Assembly: GCA_039096225.1 (NCBI GenBank) | Contig: JBBPEB010000030.1 | Span: 186,001 to 250,000 of the forward strand | Reading direction: 5' to 3' | Length of the DNA: 64,000 nucleotides | Source of the DNA: Blastocystis sp. Blastoise | Lineage: Eukaryota; Protista; Bigyra: Opalinata | Part shown: positions 47,924 through 62,787 of the stretch, piece by piece | Layout: every line of letters starts with the position of its first letter | Position numbering within the stretch: the first letter of the stretch is position 1 | Position numbers and translations under genes: made by a program | The notes under the pieces: model-generated | Database searches by the model: none | What the model saw: only the letters and a program-made list of their open reading frames with translations | Told to the model about the DNA's origin: nothing

Positions 47924-48929
47924 AGTGATGTGATTATTTAATTATATAGAAAGAATTATTATTCATTTCTTTTCTATTTTATAAAACATAATTTATCTGT
48001 ACCATATAATATATTCTATACAAGTTTCTTATTCTTCATAATAGAATGAATACTCTTTCTTATACTATTATTTTTTTTATATAATTTTTATATATTACCT
48101 TTTGATTTTCTTTCTTATATTTCTATATATATATATATTGTGAGATATTTATTTATTATTGTTAGTATAGCTTTTGTCGACTTTTCATGGTCGTAAAAAT
48201 AATTTTCATATTTACTTTTGATTCGTATATATTCTTTTTTTTAAATAACTAATATCCTATTATCTATTTTTTTTTTATTTGATACTATAAATAAATATCT
48301 ATATATATAATAATAATAATAATGATAACAATAATTTTAGATATACTTTGACTTATTTCGTGGTAATGCCTTTTTATATCTATTCTATTTTTTTTTCTAT
48401 TTATATTTGAAATTCATTTATTCAAAGTCTTTTTTTTCTTTATATATATTTTTATATTCTCTATTTATTGTATTATAGTTTTTCTTTTGACATTTCTATC
48501 TGCTTTTCTTTTCATATAAATAATATATTATATATATATATATATATATCATTTAATATATTATTATATATATATTTCTATAAATGTACTTTTGATTTTA
48601 TAATAACTTTTGATTCTTTATTTATATATACTTTTGTTTTCTACTATTTTTTTTGTTCATCTTTATTCTCGTTCTTTTGTTTATTGGTTGTTTTGTTTGA
48701 TTATTAAATTGAATTTATTAAAATTAAAATAACACATGCATGTATTATTTTATACATTAAAAGAGTGACTGTCTTCTTTTATAGAAAAAGTTATAAAGAA
48801 TATTACCACGGTAATTATCTTCTTTCTTTATATTTTTTAATAGATAATCATGAATAAAATGAATATCACTTTTTCTACAATTGTATTTTATTATATTGAA
48901 TTTGTTTTTTGTATACTATAAATTAATTT

Positions 48930-50180
48930 ATGTCTTCTGAAACTAAAAAGAGAAGAGCAGATTCTACAGATACATATTGTGGAGAAACTACTAATAATTC
49001 GATGTTTACTCCATTTGACATGTGTGATCCATCTATTGGAGAATTTTGCAGCGCTTTTATTCAACAAGGTCTCTATGATTTCACAACTCTAGATACACGA
49101 TCACAATGGAATTATCATGCAGTTAATTCTCAAATTCAAAAGGTTTTACAGAAAATTCCGTATATTTTGTTTATATACACGCTATTTTTATTTCTATAAT
49201 ATCTATTTCTTATTCAGTTAATAAAGATCCTATAATTGTAAGCTTTTCTTTTATTTAGTGCTATAATGTATCCAGGATCTCTTTCTAAAGTTCAGGTAGA
49301 CTGTATTGAATATTCTGATTATTTTGCTGCTTATGTTGATATTCCTGGAGTACCCAAAGAATCACTGGATATATCTATAGAAGAACCTTATTTGTTTATT
49401 CAAGGAAGTCGTAATTTAGAATATGGAGAAAATGCTGATTATTTACATCAAGAACGATTTAATGGACCTTTTATGGTTTGTATTCCTGTATATCTATATA
49501 TTTTAATTTCTACTATCTATTAATTGCTATAATTCTATATATATTCATGCAATATATACTTATTCTCTATATTATATATTCTATAGATTAACTCTCATGT
49601 TATTGATTTGAATACAGTGAAAGCTTCTCTTGAAAATGGTATATTAACTGTTGTTTTTAATAAAAAGAACGATAAAGAATCTAAATCAAGTCGTACCGTA
49701 GAATTCATTGACTCCTCCTCTTTAAATAAAACATTATCAAATAATAGTTCTTCTAGTATATTGTTGCATCTATGTTGTTAAAATTATTTTATATATGAAT
49801 ATTATAGATTTAAATATTATTTGTTTATTTATTATAGATTTAATTAAAAATAAATATTATATATTTAATTGAAATTATATAAATATTATATATTTAATAT
49901 TATATACTATTATTTCTACATATATATATTTCTTTTAGATTCTTCACGGACTAATAATACCTTTATTACCGGTCCTTCTTTTAAAACACAAACTATATTT
50001 TCTAATAGTAATACGCCTGTAGTAACACATATAAATGATAATAATTCTATGAATACAAATAAAGATACATCAGCCACTTCTGAAAAGAAATCAGAAGAAC
50101 AAATGCATATATCTCCATCTATATCTACTGATTCTTCTATTCATATTACTCTTCATTCTAATTCTTCTCCTCAAGACTAA
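48930..50180 (+). CDS. Second HSP20/alpha-crystallin domain protein, 4 exons
   Basis: VDIPGVPKESLDI, ERFNGPF, VKASLENGILTV; shares the intron position after CIP with its neighbour. Confidence 0.85.
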
Positions 50181-50707
50181 CAATAATTATATATATATTA
50201 TAGAATTCTATTATTCAATAGAATTTATTAGTATTATTTATATATCAATTTTTAAACTTTCTTTTATTTTTATTTACCATATTATTTTCCCTATTTTATT
50301 TTTGTCATTTTTTTGTCTAGTTTAATTATAGTTGTTTTTAAGTGTTTTTGTTTTTTAAATAATAATATCTTCAAGATAATAAGAGATAATGATATCAAAC
50401 AGTGTATTCATCACATATTAAGATTCTTAGATAGTTATTATCAATGTTATATATTATATGTTAATTCTTCAAATTATTCAGAAAGATATTATTACTTATT
50501 AATATTTACAAAAAGGAAACAAAAAGGAATATCACAAGTAATTATATGTAATTAATCCAAACAATATGATTCCAATACTTTTGATTCATTAATAATGTTC
50601 AATTTAATAAATAACTAAAAAAAATTGTAAAAACGGGTACAATATAACAAACTGAATAATGAATATAGAAATATATCTATATAAACATATTTGATAACAA
50701 ATAAATA

Positions 50708-52339
50708 TTAATAGTTCTTATCTATTCTTTGTTTTTTAGCTTGTCTTCTTCTTTCTTCTGCCCTAAAGAATGGATGTATATGACGAACTGTCTTCTTTAT
50801 AACATGATCCGTAGAAGACATGGGTTTTAATCCTGAATTTGAAGCTGAACCCGATAATTCACTGTAAATAAACAAAGAACCACCTGATAAGGTACTAATA
50901 TTTGATTTTGATTTCCCACTTTTTGATCGTTCTCTTCCTTCGTAATCTCCACCTAAACTCATCTTTATTTGTTTACGTTCTTCTCTTTCTAATTCTTTAT
51001 TCTCATCAGATTCTTTTATACCAATATTTAATAGTTGTTCTTCTAAATCTTGTTGATATGATGTAATTTCTTGTTCTGTAATTAAATTCATAATAACTTT
51101 ATAAGTATATCCTTGAGCAGTTAAATATTGTTGACGTTTATCAGCATAAAACATATCTTGAGTATCTGAAGAGACTAATGAATAGAAATAAGCATTATAA
51201 CCATATGTAGATCCTGTTTTAGGACGAAGAATACGACCAAGACGTTGTGCTTCTTGTCTTCTAGATCCGAAATGTGAAGCTATTTGAATAATAACCGTTG
51301 CTTCGGGAAGATCAATAGATGTATCTCCTACTCTACTAATAAAAAGACAATTAAGTTTACTATTGGTTCGGAATTCTGATAAATATCGATTACGTTCAGT
51401 CTATATAATATAATATAATATAATATAATATAATATAATATAATATAATATAATATAATATAATATAATATAATATAATATAATATAATATAATATAATA
51501 TAATATAATATAACACTATATATATACAGCTGACACTTTACCATAAATCATGGGACATTTCATACTTTTAGCATAATATATTAACGCAGTAATATCATCA
51601 CTAAATACCAAGATCTTATCTCCTCTCTTCTGATGATAATCAATGAGATATTTACATGTCATAAATTTAGTAGGATTTAAAATACATAATTTTCGTTGAA
51701 CATCTTTCGAACTATTTAAATAATTTTTATAGAATAAAGGCGTCATTGGACACCACACTTCAAAACATCGCACGGTAGCCAAATAACCTTTCTAAATAGG
51801 GGATATATATAATATAAAATAATATAATATAATATAATCTATAATATAACTATAATATAATATATAATATAATCTATAAAACTATCAATAGTATAATCTA
51901 TAATAAAAATAATAATAATAATAATAATAATAATATATATATACACTTGTAAGATCCATCCAATTGGCTTCAAAGAGTCTTGGTCCTATAAGTGTATGTA
52001 AACTCTCAATTTGATTATCTTCACGAACGAGAGTGGCCGTTAACCCTAATTTACAATGACATCGGAGCATATTCACTACCTATATAATGGTAACATATAT
52101 ATATATATGATAAAATACGAAAATAATAATAATAAATATAATAAATATAATAATAATAATAATAATAAATCTTACCATTTGGAATGTTTTTGCAGGGACG
52201 ACATGGACTTCATCCAGAATAACAAGTCCCCATTCTCTCTCTCTAATTTGATTCATAATAGCAATAGATTTCTCATTAGATTTATGAGGAGATAACATTG
52301 GATATGTTGTTACTAATACACAACATTCTGGAAGAGCTT

Positions 52340-52375
<36 letters not shown>

Positions 52376-53296
52376 TATAGGATAAAAATAAAGTATTAAA
52401 TCTTTTAAATAATATATTACTTTTGAAGCACTACTTAATTCGATAATATTCTCATCTTTTATTTCAGACCATGTATGATATTCACGTATCCACTATATAA
52501 TCATATAATCATATAATAATATATATATATATATATACTTGAGTAACAGAGACTATACTATTACAAAGAACAATAGTACCTTTCTTCATTGTGGAAGTAG
52601 CTGTTACTCCAACTAATGTCTTACCAGCACCACAAGGAAGAACAATAATACCGGATCTTGCCCGCCCATTTCCGAACATTTTACTAAGTGCCCGCTCTTG
52701 ATAAACACGAATGTGTGTTGAGGGTCTTAAACGGATATCTAAATTAGGAATACTCTATAAATAAATAAAATAAATAAAATAATAATAATATATATAATAT
52801 ATAATAATAATAAACATAGTAAATTGAATAAATAATAAAAAAATAGAATAATTTACCTTATCATTTCTAAAATCATATTCTTCTAAAAGTGGATAATTGA
52901 GTTTTAAGCATTCTTCTTTTACTTTAGGTAATTTTTTCTCATCAATATAGAATGAATCTACTTTTGTACTGAGTTCATAAGATTGTTCGCTTTCTTCTTT
53001 AAAGATTGAATCATCATCAATTGAATTTCCCGCTTTCTCTGATTTGGCTGTATTTTGTATACCAGTCATAGATGAATCATGTATATCTAAATCAGCACCT
53101 ACTTTCTATAAACAAATATATAATAATAACTTTACAAATATATAAATATAATTACAAATTAATAAATCTATACATATAAACTAAAATTAATAAATATAAA
53201 TATAATAAAAACTTATTAAGCATACTAGAACTTCAAGGTTTTCTTCTAATTCCTTTTGAACAATACTACTTTGAAATCCTTCTGTTGTTTCCTATT

Positions 53297-53341
<45 letters not shown>

Positions 53342-54281
53342 CAATAATAATTATAATAATAATAAATTTAATAATAATAATTCTATATACTGTATTATCT
53401 TTATTAATTTTAGCATCTGCTATAATCGGGTCATTTAATAATTTACGTAAAATTTCAATATATGGACTTTCAATCTATATAGAAATATAAAGATCATTAT
53501 AAAATATAAATTAATAAAAACATATATATACTTGATATTGATTATCTTTTAAGACTAATTTGACTTTTCCATGAGTACTTGTATTTAACTGAATATCTTT
53601 AATCATATCTTCTGTTAACGATACTTTAGATAAACGATCCAATACCTATATTATAATTATGTTTTTATTCCTAATATAAACATCAAAACGATTAATTTCT
53701 TTTAAATAAATAATATTAACATTATAAATATCAACTTATGAAATACATTATAATTACCTTGATAATACTCTCTGTACTTAAACCTACTGAAACAGCTGAA
53801 TATAAAGATGAATTTGTAATTTGATATTCATGAATATGTTGAGGTCTTGATCTTGGTTCTGCAATAGCTGTCAAGAACTCTACTGCCTAGAAATAACAGA
53901 AAATGAAAACAATTTCAATATAAAAAAAATGAGAGCAAAACTTACTTGAGTATATAAAGGTCCACCAGTTTCCAAATAAACTCTTTTATTAGGACAAACC
54001 CATAAGGGTCGTTTCTCATGATCTGGTTTTAATACTAATTTTGAAAAATCACAGAAATGAGAAACTATAATTCTATAATGGAATAAATAATTAAAATAAT
54101 TACCATCATCTATTCTTCCAGACTCATAATCCTCATCTTCAAATTCAGAATCATCCTAATTAAAGAAAAAATTACATCCGATGTAATTATAACCAAATAC
54201 TTCATTATCTACATAATCTTCATCGGTATTCCTCCTTCCTCGTCTACCACTTCCTATTCTATGAGCACCAATTGGAGGCAT
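50708..54281 (-). CDS. ERCC3: TFIIH helicase XPB, 14 exons
   Basis: [52 protein letters not shown]. Confidence 0.97.
51403..51512. repeat. (TAATA)n microsatellite in an XPB intron
   Basis: Perfect pentamer array. Confidence 0.95.
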
Positions 54282-54961
54282 TTATCTATAATTATCCTAA
54301 TAAAAAGAAAACACACAAAATTCTATGACTTAATTTCTTTTTCAACTGAATAAAAAAGAAATATTCGTTAAAATTCTTATTATATAGAAATATTTTGTTA
54401 TGTGAAGTCAAAAAATGATTATAATATATCTTATAGTATAGTTGAATCATCTATAGTGAAGAAACGTATAAATAATATGAAGAAAATGAATCATGTGTAT
54501 TACTTCCATACTATTTCAACTTAATTTTATTAATATATAATTGGGACAACGACTAATGATTCACTTTAGTCTTCTTTTTCATAATACACTTTTTTTCACA
54601 ATTTATTTTGAAATTTTACTTTTTTTTTCTTTGTTTTTTTATTCATATCACTCAAACAGTCAAAGATTATACTATAATTTAGTTTTAATAAATATTGAAC
54701 AATAAAAAGAAAGAAAGATCAGTGAAGCTTTTATAACATCGTCTCTTTCTAAAGCTCATGAAACATCATCTCAAGTTCTTCTTTATTTACTCTATATCCG
54801 TTATCTTATATCATATTTTTTGCTGATATTTATCAGAAAAAAACATTATTTGTGATTAAAACTGCGTCATCAAATCACTTTTATAATTTGGCTGTATATA
54901 TGATATTCATGATTTAACGACATCAACTATTTTATTAATAGTCTTCAAGTTATTCTTCAAA

Positions 54962-56990
54962 ATGAGATTGAGGACTCCTTTTATAATACTGGTTGTAGCT
55001 TTATTATGGATACTTGCATATTTTTATGTGGCAGCTTCTATATCTAAAGGAACATTTAAGCAATCTTCGTCCAATAACAAAATAAAATTTCATCAGAGTT
55101 CTGAAAAGAAAATAGTGGATAAAGAAATGTTAACATTTTCTGTTTCTGATAAGAAGGTTTCCTATGTATCTACAGCAATGACAAAGAATAACGAAAATGT
55201 ATTTTTGTTTATTTTTCTCTAACATATGTTCTGAATTTTCAAAAATAATGTATATTGTCATCTAGTTTGAACAAGTATCAACTCTCAAAAGTCAACAAAT
55301 CGGATATCCTATTGTTTCTAATGAAGAAACTAGAGAAGTTCATAAAAGTATACTTGAGCCTAGTCCAATTCATAATTTAAGACACTCTCAAAATTCTGTT
55401 ATTCAAAATTCTTCTCCTTCTCAACAAGATTCAGTTATCCATGAAAGTAAATTCTTTAAATAGTTCAATTTCTTTATTTTTGACATATTTCTTTATATTT
55501 TATGAATATTATTTATAGGTGAAAAGACAGAATCATCTTTATCTCATAATACTATACATAAAGAATCAATATCAAGTTCTACTTCTTCTTCTAAATGGTC
55601 TGAAAAAGATAAATTAAATCATAAAAATAGAATTCAAAATAAAGTATATAATAAACCTTCTCAAATGATTCATTATCAGCCATTATCATTAAATCCTATA
55701 TATGGTCAAATACAATTTCATAAACAACCGAATATTCCAATTATAAATTCTTCATTAAGAACTGTTGATACTTCTAAACCTTTAAAACCTATTATAAATA
55801 ATCCTCATAAAGATGGTATAGAAACAGAATATATATTTGAATATCCATCATTTGTATTACCACCTCCTCTTAATGTTGAATCTACATTAACTGCTTCTTC
55901 ATTTACAAATGCAGGATTTTATCAAATGGTTCTTGGTAGTAGTTATCAACAATGTATACAAGATTCTATTTATAATTCAAAAGAAACATCAGTAAATATG
56001 TTTCATAGCGTTAATTGTAAAGAGAATCCTGGATTATGTGGTAATTCAAATACGTGGTTAACTTATTGTCAAAATCAATATCATATAGGAAAAATATGGA
56101 TAATAAAAAATTCGAATTTACCTATGAATATTGATTGTGGTTGGAGTAGTCCTTATTATCCAAGTAATTTTAAATCTTCTATGACTTCTAGACAATTAGA
56201 AGGAAAATATGTATTTTTACCTATTCCTGATGGTTGGTCTATACAACATTTTGTTGATGGTGTTTTACCAAAATTAGTTCAAATGGAATCCTTACTAAAT
56301 GATCCGAATGTCAAATTTCTTGTTGAATTACAAAATAATCGTTTTCCTATTGTTGAAAAATTATATAATCGACTTGGTATTTCCTCAGATCGTTTATTAT
56401 ATAGTAAACAATATCAAGGTACTATACATTTTGAAGAATTAATATTTCCTTGTATTACTCCTCCTATTCATCCTTATCTTTGGCAACGTGCTCAATATTT
56501 ATTGAAATTACCTCATATTATTAATCCAAATCTTCCTGAACCTGATACTATTGTTTATATATCAAGAAATCAAGGTACATATAATGGAGGAAGAAGAGTA
56601 GTAAATGAAGAACAAATCTTAGAATATTTACGTGATTATTTATCAGATACTCCTTATAAATTAGTATTATTCCGTGCTAAAGATTATCCTGATTTAGATT
56701 CTCTATTCGAATTCTGGTCACATGCTAAGATTGTACTCGGTCCTCATGGAGGTGCTTTTGCTAATGTTATTTTCTGGAGACCTCATACAGTTCTTTTAGA
56801 ATTCTTATATAATAATCCTGGTTATATAAGTCAACATTATAATTATCGTATGATGTTTTATTTAGAAGCTACTATGCTAGATATGAATTATCATTCTGTT
56901 CTTTGTAATGCGATTAATGGAGGAATTAACCCTGATCTGGATTGTGATTTTAATACTATTAAAACAATTCTTGATAATTATATCAATTAA
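54962..56990 (+). CDS. GT61-family glycosyltransferase, type II membrane protein, 3 exons
   Basis: N-terminal TM, Ser-rich stem, HFVDGVLP, YISR, RRVVNE, GPHGGAFANVIF. Confidence 0.82.
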
Positions 56991-57281
56991 TTACTTTTTT
57001 TTTTCTCTCTCTCTTCATTCATATTTGTTATTATATTATTTTAAATATATATAAATATATTGTCATTTTTTTTCACATACTATCTACTTTTTTGATACAT
57101 AACTTATTATGTATTTGTTTTTCTCTATTTTTTGATGTATTCTATTAATTTTCTTTTCTTACATCTCTCTCTAATGAATAAAAGCAAAACAAATTTTTCT
57201 TTACACAGAATTGTTGTATTTATAAATAGAAGATATAATATAAATAAGATGATATTACAAAATAAAAGGATTGCTATATAA

Positions 57282-57315
<34 letters not shown>

Positions 57316-57330
57316 TATTAAAAATAATAA

Positions 57331-60221
57331 TTACTTTTTTAATTGAGCTTTAATTTTTGTCATCGTAAGAATAAGAATTGTTTTTAATGGTTTTCTACGA
57401 TTTTCTTTTAATTTACTAATTGAACACCATATATCTCCATGAGTAGGGTGTGCATCTTCAAATCTTTGTAATAATTTATTTTGATCTTCTTCTGTACCAT
57501 ATTCTAATTCAAATATATAATAAATAGCCCAATGATCACCAATATCTGAGTTAATAGCTAATGAACGATCCATCCAAAGACGTGTTTTCTCTACAAGTCC
57601 ACTTGACCAGAAACGACGGGCTGCAAGCATAATAATATAAGGATCTTCACTATATTGAGATAAAGCCTTTGTAATTAATGTCTTTTGTTGAGGTTTTGGA
57701 GCATTCAAAATATCTTCAACAATTAATCGTCCTATAGAGTATTTTATAAAGTAATAAGAATTATTATATAGTTATAATCGTATTTATTCATGATTTTATT
57801 TATAAAATAGAATATAAATATATATATATAATAAGAAGAATAAACTAATAATAAGTATATATAAAAAAAGATTATATAAATTTTGATTAAATATAAAAAG
57901 AGATCACTATAAAAATACCACTAGATGGATTTTCTTGAAGTGCTTTCGATAATAATTGAGTCACTAAACTATTATTTCCTTGTTCTCTTTCAAGCTGAAT
58001 AGATTCCAGCCAGATTTCAGTTGATTTTGGATTCTTGATACGAGCAATTTCTAATAAAGAACGTGCTTTAGCAACGGAAGTAATACGTTTTTCTAAACGA
58101 ACATAAAGAAGCCATAAAGGAGTCGATTGTTGACAACGTTGAAGACCATCTCTTTATATAGTATGTTATAGTATAGTATAGTATATTAAATAAAAGAATA
58201 AATGAATATCTAAATATATATATATATATATTTATAAATAAGAATAAAAAAAAATTATACCTATAGAATTTTCTAGCTTCAGAGAATTGTTCTTTTTCTT
58301 CTTTTAGTTGTCCAAGCATCATCCATAATTTATCATACGAAGGATATTTATCTTTTGCTTCTAATAATATTGTTTCTTCTTCTTGATAATTATTTAACTC
58401 CCATTCTAATAAAGCACTCTTCATCCAAACACGTGGACTCTTACAACTAGCACGTGATTTTGCAAGGATATCACGAGCACGATCAAAGTTATTATTTTCA
58501 TATTCAATCTATATATATATGAGATATTATTTGAAAAATTAAATTAAAAAAAAAAATAAATTAATCATTAATTTATAAATATTTCAAAATATAATATATA
58601 TACTTGCATAGCTGCAAGCCAGATTCTTTCAGAAGAAACAAATTCCTTATTAGAATTATTAATAAGAATAGCTTCTTCTAATACTTTTCTAGCCATATCG
58701 ATATCATGTAATTTTCTATATTGTAATTTAGCAGACATAAGCCAAAGGAGTTCACTATGAGGACAATGAGACACAGCTGTCTTTAAGAGAGAAGCAGTAG
58801 AAGAAGGAGTACCATATTTCTCTTCTAATTCCGTCGACTTTAACCATATATCCTCACGATCTATATATATATATAATGAAATATAGAATTATAAAGCGTT
58901 ACTTAAAAAATATAATAAATAAAAAAATATATATAATAGAGAAAATAATAATAAATATGATAAAAAATAATAAATATAATAATATACCTGGGAATACACC
59001 TAAAGTATAAGCATAAATAGCTCTTGCAGTTTCAATCGATCCATTATTAACACAATTACTAGCATCTGCAAGCCATGTTCTAGAACGATCTTGTTTCTCT
59101 ACACCAATATCTAAGACATTCTTTATAATACAACTACATGTCTCACGAGCACCGGCTTTTTCCATATTTTCAGCTTGTTTGATCCAATCATTCCGATTAA
59201 TTACAACCTATATGATATTCATGAGTAATATATATAAAGTATAAATATACTATATACAGAATATATAAAAACAATAATAATAATAATATACATTATTCGT
59301 TTGAAGACTTTTGACAGCTCTTTCAATAATAGTATTAATTCTATGTATACTTCCATTTGTCTCTTCTAATTGAGCAGCAGTAAACCAAATAGTGGGCTCT
59401 GTAGGTAATGCTTTACGGGCCTATAGGGGTAGGAGTATATAGAATATAGGAAATATAAAGTTAATAAATAGTTATATAGAGTATAGGAAATATAGAGTAA
59501 ATAAAAATAGTATATAATAAACAAATATTAATAAATAAATAGTTATGTAGAATATAGGAAATATAAAGTTAATAAAAATAATATATAATATATATAAATA
59601 TATAAATATATAATATAATATATATAAATATATAATATAATATATATAAATATATAATATAATATATATACTTGATTAAGAACTTTTCTTGCATTTTCAT
59701 AAGTTTCTAATTTAGCAAGTGCCAGCCATAACTCAATACTTTCAGGGACATTTTCAACAGCACGCTGAAGTAAAATTAAGGCAGATTCAGGAGGTTCTAG
59801 TTCAATAGCTGTTCTCCATAATAATACAGAATTAGGAATAAACTCAATTGCTTTCCAAAGAACTCTTTTTTTCTTATTAATATCAGTTTCTAATTCAGCA
59901 GCCTATATATAATTATTATTATTATTAATTATAGTATAGTATATATAAAAAATATATACATATATATAATTATTTTAATAAAAATAATCATAAACAAGTA
60001 AAAAAGTTTAAAAAAAATATATAGATCAATGAATATATATAATATATATATACGTGTAACCATATTTGAACTGAAGTAGGTAGTCTCTTAACAGCATCAA
60101 TAAGAACAATCTTAGCATTTTCAGGTGTTTGTAATCTAGCTGATTCTAACCATATTTCTTCACTCTTAGGACAACTTTCACATCCTTTACGAATAATCTT
60201 ACGAGCTTGAGCTACTTTACC

Positions 60222-60252
<31 letters not shown>

Positions 60253-61975
60253 GTATAATATAGAATAAGAGAATATTTAATATATATATAGATAAAGAAT
60301 AGAATATATAATAAGAAGTAGGTAATGAAAATAGTTAAAATGAAATAATTATATATATATCTATAATTTCATTTAAGAATTAAAAAGATATAAAATAAAA
60401 AAAAAGAATAAAATAAAAAAAAAGAATAAAATAATAAATTTAAAGAATAACAAAATAATAATAACAATAATAATAGCACTAAAATACCTGCTGCTTCTTC
60501 TAATCTTGCGTAACTAATCCATCCTTGTTCATTTGTAGGATCTGCTTTAACTAAAGAAGCAAATATAGTACGTGCCTTTTTAATATCTCCTATTTCTGCT
60601 TCTGTATTAATTTTCATATCATTTAAAGAAGTCATATAACCTTTTGGATCAACTACAGTTTGACCTGTTAAACTATCTCCTTTCTTCTCTAATGTTTGAC
60701 CAAGTAACTATATAATATAATATAATATAATATAATATAATATAATATAATATAATGATTATTTAAATATATAAAAAAATGTGATTATTTAAATCAATTA
60801 TTATAAAATAATGGAATAATTATATCGATTTATAATAATTTAAAATAAAACTAAAATAAGATTCCTATAATATTATACTTGTTGACGAGCACTTGAATAA
60901 TTCGTCGATGTTTCTGTACCTGAAGTCGATGTATATCCACTTGGATCTACTATATAAGGAGATAATGCATTCTGCATACGTCTTGCTTCTAATAGAGAAT
61001 CAGGAGCAGGAGTAAAAGACTCCTTCTTCTTCGATTGTCTCCATTTTAATGATTTATCACCTATATCTTCGATAGAATACCATTCTTCTTCAGTCATCTT
61101 CTCTAAGGGTCTCTAGGATAGATTATATATTATATTATATAATATATAATATATAATATATAATATAATTCATATTAATATAATATAAAATTTCTATAAT
61201 GAATAAAATAAGAAGAACAAATTTCTTTTAAATAAATAAGACTTATAAAAAAAAAACTAAAAAAACTTTTTTATGAATAAAAAAGTATTAAAAAAAAATA
61301 TCATACCTTTTTATCCACTAAAACAGATCGAATATCTGTATTTAAGAAAGGGCTATTTGTATTATTTTCACTATCAGTAGACTTCTTTTTATTTTTACGA
61401 TTCATCATCGATTTATCAATAGCCTACAGAGATATAATAAATAACAAAAAAATATAAATATCATAATAACATTAAATTTATAAAATTTACATCGAAAATA
61501 GCTTCAGCCTCAGCATCCTCGGCATCATATTCATTACTATAAAAAATAATTAAGCATGCTAGAATTATAAATAGATATTATTGTTTACTTTTCAGTATCA
61601 ATGCCAATATTATTATCACCTGATTCATCAAATGTTATATCCTCGTTAGTGCCCTATATATTCATTAAAAATAGAATTATTTTATATAGTATTTGAAATA
61701 AAATTCAATTAAAAAAAAAGATTCACGTACACCTTGATCACTTTGAACGGCGGGGCCAATATCGAATCTGTAAAATAAGAAAAATTCATAGATAGAAGTA
61801 ATAACATAAATATACCTTGTAACAAAACCTGTTGCACCACGCCCTTTACCAGGTTCATAACCAATTGGAGCTATTATAGGGAATATATAGAAATATTATA
61901 ATTTCCTATCAATTAAATAAGCATACCTTCAATATTATCATATGTTCTTGGACGTTTAGGACCTATTCCAGACAT
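57331..61975 (-). CDS. PRPF6: Pre-mRNA splicing factor Prp6 (HAT/TPR repeats), 16 exons
   Basis: [58 protein letters not shown]. Confidence 0.96.
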
Positions 61976-62130
61976 GTCAATTTTACTTTATGAATAAATA
62001 ACTCTAGAATGATATAAGTTATATATATGAAGAGTTGTCAATAATATGTATATATATACAATTCAAAAAAAGTATAAAAAGAATGACTTTTATCGATAAA
62101 AAGAAAATGTATTAAAAAAAGGAAAATTAC

Positions 62131-62249
62131 TAGAGAATTACAAAAAACTAGAGCTAGGAAAAAAAGTGGGCGTAATTTTGTCGTTTTTTTGTCTTTTTTG
62201 AGTGGAAATTTGTTCTTTGTTAAAAAAAGTGGTTTTTTGTAATTCTCTA
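62131..62249. mobile_element. 119-bp hAT-like MITE
   Basis: Perfect 18-bp TIRs TAGAGAATTACAAAAAAC (62131-62148 and 62232-62249) flanked by the 8-bp direct repeat AAAATTAC (62123-62130 and 62250-62257). Confidence 0.8.
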
Positions 62250-62787
62250 AAAATTACGGTTTTAATTTAATTTTGAGTGTTTTTGTGAGAATTCCCTATA
62301 AATAATCTAATTTTTAAAAATCAAGTTATTCTTTTAAAGTTGAGAAATAATGTATCAAATACATTAATAAATCGGTCGGTGAATGTTAAGGTATGGCTGT
62401 ATTAGGGATTATTTTTTTTGGAGTAATGGGAAGAATATGTCTTTTTCCATTTTGTTCAGAATCCTTTGATTTATAAAATTCTAATTGAAAATAAGTATTT
62501 ATGATATGTAAGAATATTATAAAATATGGGTTTATGATGAAATAGAAAAATAAACAATAAAAAACTATTCCAGATATTATAGAAACAAAGAAATTCATTA
62601 TATTTGATGCTAGATATATTATGTTTATTGGAGACAATTTAAAATAAATTAAAGTATCCAATAATACAAGAGAAACTAATAAAATGATATAAAACAATAG
62701 CAAATAATAAATAGAAAACAAAAAATATAAATAAGAAAAAAAGAAACTACCCTACTATAAAAAATAAATAATATAATATATAGAAAG

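Noticed and set aside
62386-62721. 111-aa hydrophobic ORF
   Set aside because: Non-ATG start, composition expected from AT-rich DNA, and no motif or clear splice link.
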